The notes beneath the pieces were generated by a model. That model saw only the letters and a program-made list of their open reading frames with translations, made no database searches and was not told the origin of the DNA. Of a stretch of DNA of 64,000 bases, positions 44,521 through 54,835 are shown in pieces. Each line of letters opens with the position of its first letter. The first letter of the stretch is position 1. The translations under genes were made by a program, and so were the position numbers. Origin of the DNA: an uncultured delta proteobacterium (GTDB lineage Bacteria; Myxococcota_A; Polyangia; Haliangiales; Haliangiaceae); NCBI GenBank assembly GCA_963743525.1, contig CAVUQH010000003.1, positions 704,001-768,000 on the forward strand. The letters are read 5' to 3'.

Positions 44521-44633
44521 TTCCGCGCAGGGGGCTTCGCCCCTGCGCTCGGTGTCAATGTCTCGCCCCGCCTACTGGCCGGTTTTCAGCTGTCGATCAC
44601 TGGCCGCTTTTGGGTGTCGCCCGAGGCGCCCGA

Positions 44634-47600
44634 CGAATCCACCATTCACGAACGCGTCATGTCGCGCCTGCGCGACACGTTCGCGGGGTGTGATCCCGAA
44701 GCGACTTTCGAATTGCTCAGCTACTGGATGCTCCGTGCCGCAGAGAAGAAGGCCCTGATAACCAAGAAGGAGGTGGCAGCACGAGTACAAGCCGTCGGGG
44801 CGTTTGTGCAGAATCGTGCCGCCTACCATCGCGAGGCTGAGTCGATCATACCGCTGGTTGACGAGCAGCCGGGCCACCCGAAAGGCTGTTTGCTGAGTTC
44901 TATCGAGGCGTCGCCGCGCGTTTCCAACACATACAAGCCGACGTCTACGTTCCGCGCGAACACTGGCTCGGCGATATCAAACGCGCATACGAAGAAACTC
45001 GGTGTGTCGTCCTGAGAGGCGCCTCAGGACAAGGAAAGTCGGCACTGGCCTACCGATACTTGAAACAGTACGTGCCGTCCGCATGGCGCTACGAGGTGCG
45101 GCTGATTGACGGCCCGCAACATGCTATCGGCCTCGCTCGTGCCCTTTTCCTCGGACACATCAACGCGATAGGAGCTCCGGCTTTCGTCTATGTCGATGTA
45201 CCCCTGGGCGGCAATGCGTGGGTCGAGCTCATACGAGAACTCGCGTCGCTTGAGAACGTTCACTTCCTCGTGTCCATCCGGGAGGAGGACTGGCGACGGA
45301 CACACGCGGACACTCTACTAGTTGAGCTTCGGGAACTCGAACTGCGTCTCACTCGAGAGGAGGCCGCTCAGATTCTACTCGCGTTTGAGCGAGCAGGGAA
45401 ATCCGGGCCACCTCCTGGCATCCCGACGCCGCGCATGGGTTAGATTCGGTCAACGCGGACCCTTGCTGGAGTTTTCACACTTCATCGTTCACAACGAGTT
45501 GTTGGAGCGACGACTGCGAGGGCAGATTGACCGCATTCGGGACGAGGTCAGGCGGGGTGAACGTCCCATTGAAGATCTCGCCCTTCTGCGGCAGGCCAGT
45601 GTCGCAGCTGCATACGATGCTCGACTTGCGGTAGGCTCGTTGCGCGAGGCCTTCGGCGACATAGACCTGGGACGGTCGCTCAGCCTGCTTGAAGATGAGT
45701 ACCTGGTTCGCGCGACAGACCAAGGTCTCGTTGAGGGCCTGCATCCGATACGGTCGGACCTGATCGTTCAGTTCCTCACGGACGACGCTGCAGCGCCGTG
45801 GCATGAAACGGCCAGGGCGGCTCTCCCCCATATCGCAGAGCAGGACCTAGAGACGTTCTTGCTCCACGCTTTCGTGCGGAGGCCTGCTGAGCGCGAGTCG
45901 TTGTTGAAGGCGCTCAATGACCTGCAAACGAAGACATGGACAGGTGTTGCAGGCGTTGTGCGTGCGCTGATCTGGCTCGGGGTGGATGACTACGTCACGG
46001 AGAACTCAACGGTCATTTCCGGGGCACGGTCCTACTTCGGAGAGAGCTGGTGGCTGTTCGTACTTCCTGCCCCACCGCTGACGCGCCAAGGCCGAGTCCG
46101 CTCGAGGATTCAGAGCTGTTCTCAAGGGATCAACGGGCGACGATGGCGGACTTCCGCGCGCAACTAACGCGTGGGAGCGCGACTTTTCTGACCGGGCACG
46201 CAAGTGGTTGAGCTCCCAGTGGGACAACCCCGCCGCAGTAGACTCGGACCGTGACTGGCGAGGATTGGTCGATTGCCTGTTCTGGAACGACCAGCTGCAG
46301 GTTGGGCTGGAACCTTCCTAAGCTGGTTCATGCAGGGGCGCTTGAGCTGGCCCTCGAAGGTACACCAGTCGACACCGCCGCAGACCGACCTACGTGCTGT
46401 CCATCGGTACCGCAGGCACCAACCTGAAGCGATATGCGCAAAGTGTATGTCTAGAACGGTTGCGCAAAGAGACGCTCATCGTCGGCCTAGAAGAAACCGC
46501 TGACCAAGCCCGCATACACTTCGTCGTCTCATCGTACCTGATGCCTGGATCGGCCGGGCGGGACCGAGTACGCCAGCCAGCCTCCACAGTGAGACCATTA
46601 GACGAATCGAGCTTGTCCGACGGGTACTCCCGGACAAGGCCTCCTATGCGTCGCAAGGCTACGGTCACCGCGCTGGCCCGTTCACTCCCCCATACGACGA
46701 GACAACCAAGACAGGCGTGCCGGTTGACGCACTTGGGCTGCACTGGATACGCGACGTCAACGCTCGAGTGCATAGGCTAGCGGACTACCCGACGCGTATG
46801 AACGCGTGGAACGAGTACGTGGAGGCAATCGTGGCTGCCCGGAGGGCGGCCGTACGATTTTTGACTCGGGTCACCCAGATTCTGAAGCTCTACTTCAAGC
46901 GAAAGAAGCCCGCGGCGTTGTTCCAAGAACTCTTCTCAGAGGAGCTTTGGGAAGAGACGGACGATCTGTGGGCTCGCCAGCCAATGCTGCCCAAAGCTGC
47001 GGTAGACGAATGGGGCGATGTCGCCGAGCCGAGTAAGCGTCTCAGGGGCACTGCCCGCGTTCGGCTGCTACCTCCCTCGCTCTTCAACGTCTGCAACCCG
47101 TCCTCCGTGCGCAACGCGAGCACGGTCAAGCGGTGGGCAACTTCATTCGGCAATCAAAGATGGCGCTCGACGCTGTTCCGTTCTTCGTTCGAGGAACAGA
47201 GCAGCAGGCGTCGGCGGTTCGGGAGCTTCTTCGTTCACATCGACTGACTGAGGAGCCTGGACGGCTCTCCCTCACCAATCTCTGTAGCGCGATGGAGCAC
47301 CTGCTGTCATTCCAACGCGAATTCCGGCAGGCCTTCTGCAGCGTTCTCGACGTGAGAGAAAGCGAGGAACTCGACGCCAAGGAACTTCAGGCGTACAACG
47401 AACTGTTTCCCATTTGGGCTCGGTTTGTTCTCTCCAGGTCGCATGAACGCGACCGCGACGTTCGAGATCCGCAAAGAACAGACTCGATAGTTGCCTCGCA
47501 AAGATCCGTAGGCAGCTTGCTGAGCGGCTGGTCGCCGTGTCGACCGATGAAGTCCAATGCCGTCTTGCGTCTGCGTCGTCGTTTCTCGAACAGTCTGGAC

Positions 47601-48355
47601 GACTCGTTGTCGTCGCTGACGTCCCGACGTTTACTGACACAGGAGAGGGCCTAGGCTTGGTGGCTGGGGCGATTCTGACGGCGTTGCCGGACGGGCGCGA
47701 GCTTTCATTCGAAAGACAAGCTGTGTCTCTCGCTTGGCAATCTGTGCTCGTACTCCCTTTGGTGCGGGGGCGCGCGGCGGGCTTCAACGGTTGGGAGTGG
47801 AGTACGGTGACTCTGATGGCGACCTCGCTGGAAGAGTTGGCCTCGCAATGGTGGAACCTTGCACCACGAGAGGTGCCGCAAGACGTTTGGATGCGTGCGG
47901 GCCTCGAGCAATGGGAGGGCTGGCAATTTGACCTTGCTGCGCGCTACCAGGCCGCAGTCGCAGAGACCGCTGCAGGCATGTGGCACTTGGCAGACCTCGT
48001 AGAGATTCCGAGCATGGACGATCTAGGGCGCGCGCACCTCACGGACTATCTCGAACGGCAGGCAGCGAACATGAAGTCTTCGGCAGCCAAGGGCCTGGAG
48101 CTGCTTCGCCAAATGAGATCGTCGATCGCGCCGGCATCGCTGAAGGCCACTGTCGGGATGTTCGACGCACTGGACTCGATGTTGTCCACCATCGCCACGA
48201 TTGAAGTGAAGGTCGAGCTGCGTCGTACGAGCGAAGTTGACGCGTCCGAACAAGCAGAGACGGATGAGGAGGACGAGATCGCCACGCTTGTCGAAGTCAG
48301 CGAGACTCTACGTCTGGCGTGGCTGGACGGCGTGGTTCCGAGCCGCGGCGCTTGA
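44634..48355 (+). pseudogene. 3' part of a large STAND/Avs-like NTPase with long helical C-terminus (multiple frameshifts)
   Basis: VLRGASGQGKS (Walker A, 45018-45041), AFVYVD (Walker B-like), FLVSIREEDW, GPLLEF, EGLHPIRS. Successive ORF pieces 45322-46167, 46717-47247, 47133-47654 and 47537-48355 continue on the same strand. Confidence 0.75.
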
Positions 48356-48365
48356 GGGGCGGGGT

Positions 48366-49268
48366 GTGACTACTGCTAATCCACCGGAACACAACGAACT
48401 CGGTCTTCTTTGGAGGGAGGCCGTGACGGAGTTCTGCAAACGTACAAGGGCGCTCGCCGCAGTGCCGGCTTGCGGCGGATTGGTCATGAAGAAGAAACGC
48501 CGTTGCACCTGCAAACGAAGCGACGTTCGCGACGCGCCAATCCAGTGGCAGCTGTGTGGCGACGAAGTCCACGTAGGCGCATCCCGGCCATCACAAGAGG
48601 TCCATGTCCCCGAACTCTACTCTGGGGCGCCTTGGAAGTGGCCCAAGGAACTCGCAATGGTAGACGGAAACTGGGTCGCCTGGCTTGGCGCCAATCCGGG
48701 TATTGATACGACCGTTCCATTCCCGACGGTGAAGCAGGCCGAAGTGGAGGGTTGGCAAGTCATCGTGGACTTCTTTGAGGACAGGTTTGAACAGCAGCGG
48801 GGAGAACACGACCTGCGAAGGGGCGCCTTCTTCTCTCAGCTAGAGGTTGCGCTCGACTATGCCCTTGTGCGCAGCGGGATCGACATCTCCAGAACCCTCG
48901 GACGCGTGGGCCTCGTTACCGACATCGTGCCGTGGAAATTCAACGGCTGGGGTGGGCTTCCGTCCCAAATGAAGCGTCAGATGACCGCGGAGAGTAGACG
49001 CCGAACTGTCCGGCTGCTCACCCTCCTGCGCCCTCCGATTGTCATCGCCCTGGGACGGGATGCAGGCGATGCCATCGCTGAGTGGACTGGAGCCAAAGCG
49101 CCAACCAACGCTCTCTCGTTTGGTGACTGCGGCTACGTGGCCGTTTCACCGGACCACCGGGCACGCCTCTTCTACATGCCTCACCCGAGCGGCCGGAGCG
49201 GAGCGTTCTGTGCCAGTCTACGTCGTCTCTCCCAAGCGCTGCGTGCCGAATGGGTCAAAGGCCACTAG
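48366..49268 (+). CDS. Uracil-DNA glycosylase superfamily-like protein (Brig1-like motif layout)
   Basis: HVPELYSG...WLGANPG; TDIVPW; LRPPIVIALGRDA; YMPHPSG. Confidence 0.6.
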   Translation: MTTANPPEHNELGLLWREAVTEFCKRTRALAAVPACGGLVMKKKRRCTCKRSDVRDAPIQWQLCGDEVHVGASRPSQEVHVPELYSGAPWKWPKELAMVDGNWVAWLGANPGIDTTVPFPTVKQAEVEGWQVIVDFFEDRFEQQRGEHDLRRGAFFSQLEVALDYALVRSGIDISRTLGRVGLVTDIVPWKFNGWGGLPSQMKRQMTAESRRRTVRLLTLLRPPIVIALGRDAGDAIAEWTGAKAPTNALSFGDCGYVAVSPDHRARLFYMPHPSGRSGAFCASLRRLSQALRAEWVKGH

Positions 49269-49404
49269 AAGTGGGACCTTAAAGAAGGCCGCCTCCAACC
49301 CTGTTTGCCGCGACGGGCTCCAGCCGCTCTAAACGTGGATCCGGAGGGCCCCTATGAGTGAGCGGCCAAAGATCTCAATCCAGGCCGTGAAGCTCTAGCG
49401 CCTC

Positions 49405-50658
49405 TTACACGCGCAGCCGTTCCGCAAGCTCGGAGTGCCCGCCGAACGAAGCCCAATCCGCTGCGGTGTAGCCAGCGGCATTCGTCGCTGACAGGTCGGC
49501 GCCCGAAGCGACAAGCCGATCAACTATCGCCGCGTGACCTTGGCGGGCGGCGAAGTGGAGCGTCGGAATGTCTCCCTGGATGGCAATCGAGGCGCCAGCG
49601 TCCAGGAGGCGCTCGACGACACGAGTGGCTCCCTCGCGGACCGCCCAATGAAGGGCGGTCTGGTTGTAGACGTTCACGCTGTCCACCGGCGCTCCTGCTT
49701 CGATCAGGGCAAGAGCGAGCTCAAAGTGTTTGTGTTTCACGGCCGTAATGGCAGCAGTGTCGCCTTCGGGGGTGTAGTCCCACTGGCCGTCGATGGTTCT
49801 GCTGTCGAGGTCGACCCCGGCCGCAATCGCCCGTGTGAGGCTCGCGGCGTCTCCATCGTATGCAGCCTGGAGCAGCTGGCGCTGGTCGTCGGTCTGCGCG
49901 GCATGAATCTGCTCTTCGAGTTGCTGCCGGGCCCTTTCGAGGCCGGCAGCGATTTCATCCTCTGGGATTGTCCACGAGATGCCCAGCCGGCTCAGCTTCT
50001 CGGCCCCCGCCTGCGCGGCCTCCATGGTGACCGGCTCTTCACCGCGCAGCAGCACGAGCGACTCGGCCGGGCTGACGTCGGTCGGAGACTCAGTGGCCAG
50101 CCGTAGCGCGATTCGGCACTGTTCGTCGGTCAGGGAGAGCAGCTCCCCCCACGGTTGAAACATCTGTGAGCCGAACACCGCCTTCTCGGCGGGTACGAGG
50201 AAGCCCGCGAAGTAGTCAATCCCGTGGTCTCCTCGGCCGTTCGCGTCGATGGGGTCAGACGTCTGCACAGGGGACTCGGGGCCATCAACCCAGAGCACGC
50301 TCGTTACGAGGTGCCCCAAGGCGTCTGCGACGCTCGCGGCAAGCTTGCGGGCCTCGTCGGACACGTCTCCAAGCCAGCGAAGCGGTCGGCGATCTTCTTC
50401 GTCGAGGTTCCACTCACTGCGCTCGCTCTCGTGATCGAACGCGGCACCGACCACGGCTGTGGGAGTCCACGAGAGCTGGAATCGATCCCCCGTACACGGA
50501 TCGTGGTAGTAGGAGCCAGTCTCGGTATTCCCAGACCACTCCGACACGGTGACGTCGGGATAGTGCACAGTGCTCACGGCGTCCAGCACCGCGAAGAGAC
50601 GCGCGGCGTCCACGATCTCCGACCTACCTACCGTTCCTGTCCGTGCCTTGTAGCCCAT
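49405..50658 (-). CDS. Ankyrin-repeat protein with uncharacterised N-terminal domain
   Basis: GDTAAITA, QTALHWAVREG, TLHFAARQGH, GYTAADWA; N-terminal AFDHESERS. Confidence 0.85.
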   Translation of the reverse strand: MGYKARTGTVGRSEIVDAARLFAVLDAVSTVHYPDVTVSEWSGNTETGSYYHDPCTGDRFQLSWTPTAVVGAAFDHESERSEWNLDEEDRRPLRWLGDVSDEARKLAASVADALGHLVTSVLWVDGPESPVQTSDPIDANGRGDHGIDYFAGFLVPAEKAVFGSQMFQPWGELLSLTDEQCRIALRLATESPTDVSPAESLVLLRGEEPVTMEAAQAGAEKLSRLGISWTIPEDEIAAGLERARQQLEEQIHAAQTDDQRQLLQAAYDGDAASLTRAIAAGVDLDSRTIDGQWDYTPEGDTAAITAVKHKHFELALALIEAGAPVDSVNVYNQTALHWAVREGATRVVERLLDAGASIAIQGDIPTLHFAARQGHAAIVDRLVASGADLSATNAAGYTAADWASFGGHSELAERLRV

Positions 50659-51025
50659 GGTTGACCTGGTCGAGCTGCGCCCGAGCGGAGCCTAGGTTAC
50701 CGGCCATGGGGACGCGATTCGAGCCCGGGCCTGCCGCTATTCACAGCGCGAATTCGTGCAGCGATTGCCGCCCGCCGCTCTGTGGATAGCCCGCCGCCAG
50801 GACGGCCATCTCGCGTGCGGGGCACGAAACAATGGCCGAAACAATGGGGCAATAGACGCGGTCCGAGGGCCGAAAATGGAGCAATAAATGGGGGGCCAAC
50901 GGCCCCCGAAGAGAATCTTCAGGAAAACGACGGGCCGCCGCGTAATCCGTCCGAGTCAGGAGATTTACGGGGTGAGGGCGCATCAAATCGTGCCGCTCAT
51001 TCTGTGAACGAAAGGCCGGATCGAG

Positions 51026-51535
51026 ATGAGCAAGAGCAAGAGGTCAGAATCGCTGGGTGCCACAATCGCGGCCGCGCTCGGCGGGTTGGGCGCTGCCTGC
51101 GTTGGCGGCGTGCTGGTCCGCATGGGCGTTCGCCCGGTCGTGGCGGCGGCCGGTGTCGGTGGCGTCGGGGCGCTTGGCGCGGTAGCGCTCGGTGGTCGCG
51201 CGCGGGATGCTGCCCTGGGCGCGAGTTCCGTCGGTGCCGGGCAGCTGGTGCTGGCATGGCTCGAAGCCGAGGCGCGCGTTGCTGCGGCCGAGGCAGAGCG
51301 GAGCGCTGCGCTCGCCGAGGTTGCCGAGGCTGTCGGTGACGACGACGAGTGAGATCTCGTCGAGCGCGAGACGAGCGATGACGAGCTCGACGACGACGAT
51401 CTGGTGATCGAGCTGGCGATGCCGCGCAATGGCGCACCCGAGTCGCTGTGGGATCGTCTTCGTTCACCGGCTTCGTCGCCGTGGCTGGGCGTCGCCATGG
51501 CGGTGGCGCCGCTGTTGCTGTTGGCGCTGTTGTGA
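51026..51535 (+). CDS. Hydrophobic element-encoded protein with an in-frame TGA at 51350-51352
   Basis: Gly/Ala-rich TM N-terminus; the same frame continues after TGA as DLVERETSDDELDDDDLVIELAMPRNG...LLLALL*, ending on the xis GTG. Confidence 0.5.
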
Positions 51536-51725
51536 TCGCCGAGGAGAGATCCCCGTACCTGACGACGGCGGAGGCCGCGGTGTACTTGCGGTACCGCACG
51601 ACGTCCGGGATCCGCATGGCGGTTTCGCGCGGCCTGCTCGTTCCCGCGGGAACGGGACCGCGCGGCGTGTATCTGTTCACGCGGGAGGAGCTTGATCGGT
51701 TTGTTGCGCGGCGTCGGCCGGGCTA
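51532..51725 (+). CDS. Excisionase-like HTH protein (3' end uncertain; frame stays open to 52041)
   Basis: SPYLTTAEAAVYLRYRTTSGIRMAVSRGLL...YLFTREELDRFV; directly upstream of the integrase. Confidence 0.75.
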
Positions 51726-51772
51726 CTCTGCTCGTTGCCGTGAGGCGCCCGTACGTGAAAGGAGATCTGCCA

Positions 51773-52982
51773 ATGGCTTTGAAAGGCAGAGCGACGAAGT
51801 ACGCGGGCGTCCGCTTTCTGGACAAGGGAAAGTATCTCGTGCGCGCCAGGGGGACCTGTCCGCACACGGGAAAGCGAAAGGAGGTCGAGCAGACCCTGAG
51901 GAACACCACCGCCGCGGCGGCGGCGCGGGTGCGAGCCGATCTGATCGAAGAGATCGCAGCGGGGGCTCGAAAGCCGCTGCGAAGACGCGTTGGGGAATTC
52001 GCGCAATCGTGGATGAAGTCCAAGGCGCTCAAGGTCAGTAGCAACACGGCGCGCACGTACGCCGACTCGCTGGACCAGCACATCCTGCCGGCCCTGGGCG
52101 ACTACTACTACGACATGCTCACGAGTGAGATCGTTCAGGAGTGGATCGATGACTCGCTGCTGTCGCAGTGGCGGACGCCGAAGGGCGCGGTGAAGCGGTA
52201 CTCACCGGTATCGGTTCACTGCTGGTTTCGGGTGTTCCGGGCGATGACGCGCGACGCGATGGAGCCGCTCCGGTTGGAGCGGGATCCGACGTTGCGGGTT
52301 TCGTTCCCGGCGTTCGACGACGGCGCGGTGTCGAAGGCAATCACAGCAGAGACGCTCGCCCGGTTTCTGGAGGCGATGCGCGAGGGGCATCCGCAGCACT
52401 ATGCGTTGACCGTCGCGCTGGCCTACACGGGGATGCGGTTCTGTCATGTCAGTGCACTGAGATGGGATGACTGGGACGAAGCTCGCCAGATGCTGTCGGT
52501 AACTCGCCGGCAGGTTGGCGGGGACGTCGGCCCGGTTTCGCGCAAGAAGCGGGCGCCGAAGGAGTATCCGGTCCAGCCGGAGCTGGCCGAGGTGCTTCGC
52601 TGGCAGCGGCAGCGCATGCTGTCTGCGCAGGCGCCGGGGCTGGCCGAGGGCTGGATGTTTCCGACCTCGACCGGCACGCTGCGCACGCCCAGCTCGGTGC
52701 AGAAGGCGTGGAAGGACTGCATCGCGAAGGCGGGCATCGAGAAGCGCTTCACCGTGCACGGGCTGCGGTACACGTTCAACGACCTGGTTCGCCGGGCGAA
52801 CGTGGATCCGATCGTGCGGCGGGCGCTTGCTCGGCCACGTGACCGAGGAGATGCAGCGGCACTACTCGAACGTGGGCCTGGACGAGAAGCGCGCGGCGGT
52901 GGCCGGTGTGATTGCGATGGTCCCTGCGGGGTCCCCCACCGGGTGGGGGAGTTCGAGGGGGACCTCGGCCGAAAATGAGTAG
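51773..52982 (+). CDS. Tyrosine recombinase/integrase (frameshift near 52830)
   Basis: [49 protein letters not shown]. Confidence 0.92.
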
Positions 52983-53015
52983 CGACCGGTGAGCCTCGCA
53001 GTCACAACCGGTCGC
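52982..53015 (-). terminator. Hairpin downstream of tRNA-Gly
   Basis: GCGACCGGTGA...TCACaACCGGTCGC inverted repeat between the integrase stop and the tRNA CCA end. Confidence 0.55.
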
Positions 53016-53032
53016 CTTCTCGACTACTTAGC

Positions 53033-53110
<78 letters not shown>

Positions 53111-53238
53111 AGTCCACGTAAGTTACTGCCTTCACTGGGGAAGTCAAGGGCCAAACGTCGGCGCCTTTTCGGCCGTTTCGGCGGCGGGGCCTGGGCCATT
53201 CTCACCTTTCGCGGGCAATGGCGCATTCTTCGGAGAGC

Positions 53239-54174
53239 ATGACGCGGCGAACAGGGTGGTGCGTGGTCGCGCCTTTGTTGGTGGTCGTCGTCGCTGGCTG
53301 CAATTCGCCGGGGGCGGCCGAGCGCAATGGGGGGACGCGCGGGGAGGTGCGGGAGACGCACGCGCAGGCGGCGCCGGTGGCGGGGGTTCAGGAGCTCGAG
53401 GCGAGCGTCTTTTTTCGCGAGCTGAAGGTCGAGCGGCCGTCGTGTTCGATGCGGGTCTGGTTGTATGCGCCGCGTCGCGAGGTCAGCAAACCGATCGGAT
53501 GTGTGGTCGTGCCGCCGGCGGGTAGCAATCTGGTTTCTGGCATGAGGCTGAGCCGTGGGGATCGGCGCGAGCATTTGCCGTATGTGAAGGCGGGTTATGT
53601 CGTGGTCTCTTTCGATATCGACGGGCCGATGTCGGACGGGGTCTCGGAAGCGGAAGCGATCCGCAGCATGAAGATCTTTCGCGCGTCGGAGGCTGGGGTC
53701 GAAAACGGCGAGGCGGCGCTCGACGTTGCGCTGAAGGCGTTCCCGACGATCGACGGGCGGCGGATCTACGCGGCGGGTCACAGCTCTGCGGCCACGCTGG
53801 CGCTTCTTCTCGCGGCCAGGGACGAGCGGATCAAGGCGGTGGCGGCGTTCGCGCCGGTGACGGATCTCGTGTCGTTGTTCCCGCTGCGCGCCAGGCTCGA
53901 GCTCGACCGGGCGCTGCCGGGCTACGGCGAATTCCTGGCGGCGAGCTCGCCGATCACCTACGCCTCGACGCTGGCGGCCAAGCCGGTCTTTCTGTTTCAT
54001 GCTCGGGACGACGAGACGGTGAAGCCGGAGCAATCGGAGAGGCTCTTTGCGGCGATGTCGCCCCGGCATCGGGCATCCAGGAGGGTCGTGGTGGAATCCG
54101 GCGGGCACAGCGAAGCGATGATCCACGACGGTATCCCCGGGGCCATTGCCTGGTTCGCGCAGCTGGACGAGTGA
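53239..54174 (+). CDS. Alpha/beta hydrolase (S9 peptidase-like), lipoprotein
   Basis: Lipobox VAGC; RIYAAGHSSAA, FLFHARDDETV, GGH. Confidence 0.82.
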   Translation: MTRRTGWCVVAPLLVVVVAGCNSPGAAERNGGTRGEVRETHAQAAPVAGVQELEASVFFRELKVERPSCSMRVWLYAPRREVSKPIGCVVVPPAGSNLVSGMRLSRGDRREHLPYVKAGYVVVSFDIDGPMSDGVSEAEAIRSMKIFRASEAGVENGEAALDVALKAFPTIDGRRIYAAGHSSAATLALLLAARDERIKAVAAFAPVTDLVSLFPLRARLELDRALPGYGEFLAASSPITYASTLAAKPVFLFHARDDETVKPEQSERLFAAMSPRHRASRRVVVESGGHSEAMIHDGIPGAIAWFAQLDE

Positions 54175-54287
54175 TGGTGTGCGGGGGGCGTGGCAGCACG
54201 GGGTGAGCGGCAAGGTGAGGCAGAGACGGTTTTTTCGGTGGTGGCGCGGGCGGCGGGTTTGGTGTGCTGGAGCGGTGCGATCGTTCG

Positions 54288-54811
54288 TGGTGATTGCTGT
54301 GCTGGCGCTGGCCGGTTGTGTCCGGACGGGCGTTGGCACCGGCCTGGGGTATGTCTCCAACACGTGGGTCCCGGGGCGGACGTGGACGGCGGAGGTGCAC
54401 GTGGAGGAGGTGCCGAAGGAACCGGAGGACCGGTTGGTTCTCGGCGGTTTTCTGGCGGGCACGCTCGACGAGGGTGAGAACGCCATGGGCGCGCTGGGCG
54501 ACGGCGAGGTTCCGCTGTGGGTCGAGCTGGCAGCGGAAGGGCGCTACGTGTGGGGCCGGGGGCCGCTGCGACCGTACGCGGTCGGTGCGTTGGGCGTGGG
54601 CAAGTGGTATCGGGGCGGCGTCGGTTGGGTGGGGTTGGCGGCGGCTGTGCACGCCGGCGCGGGGATCGACTGGCAGCTCGGTCGGGTGGGGATGCGGCTC
54701 GAGGGGCGGATGGACGTCACGGAGCTCAGCGGCTGGATCAACCCGCTGCGCTTCGTCGGCGGCAGCGTGCATCTTCTCGTGACGATTGGTCCCGCGCGCA
54801 CGTCGCGCTAG
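54288..54811 (+). CDS. Hypothetical outer-membrane beta-barrel-like protein (start uncertain)
   Basis: LALAGC; alternating strands LRPYAVGALGVG, HAGAGIDWQLG.VGMRLEGR. Confidence 0.55.
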
Positions 54812-54835
54812 CCACCTGCGCGCGTCAACGGCGGG

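Larger units (their letters stand above)
39050..44626 (-). mobile_element. Outer IS21-family element (about 2.55 kb without the nested IS)
   Basis: Imperfect terminal IRs CCTCaaGCGACACCCgAAAAGCGGCCAGT / revcomp CCTCggGCGACACCCAAAAGCGGCCAGT; 7-bp TSD CGCCCGA at 39043-39049 and 44627-44633. Confidence 0.9.

Noticed and set aside
39050..44626. Single composite transposon with two native convergent istAB modules
   Set aside because: The inner module has its own IRs and TSD and splits the outer istB, so this is a nested insertion.
35750..53032. Intact prophage
   Set aside because: No terminase, portal, tail, lysis or replication genes are recognisable; only int/xis and cargo.
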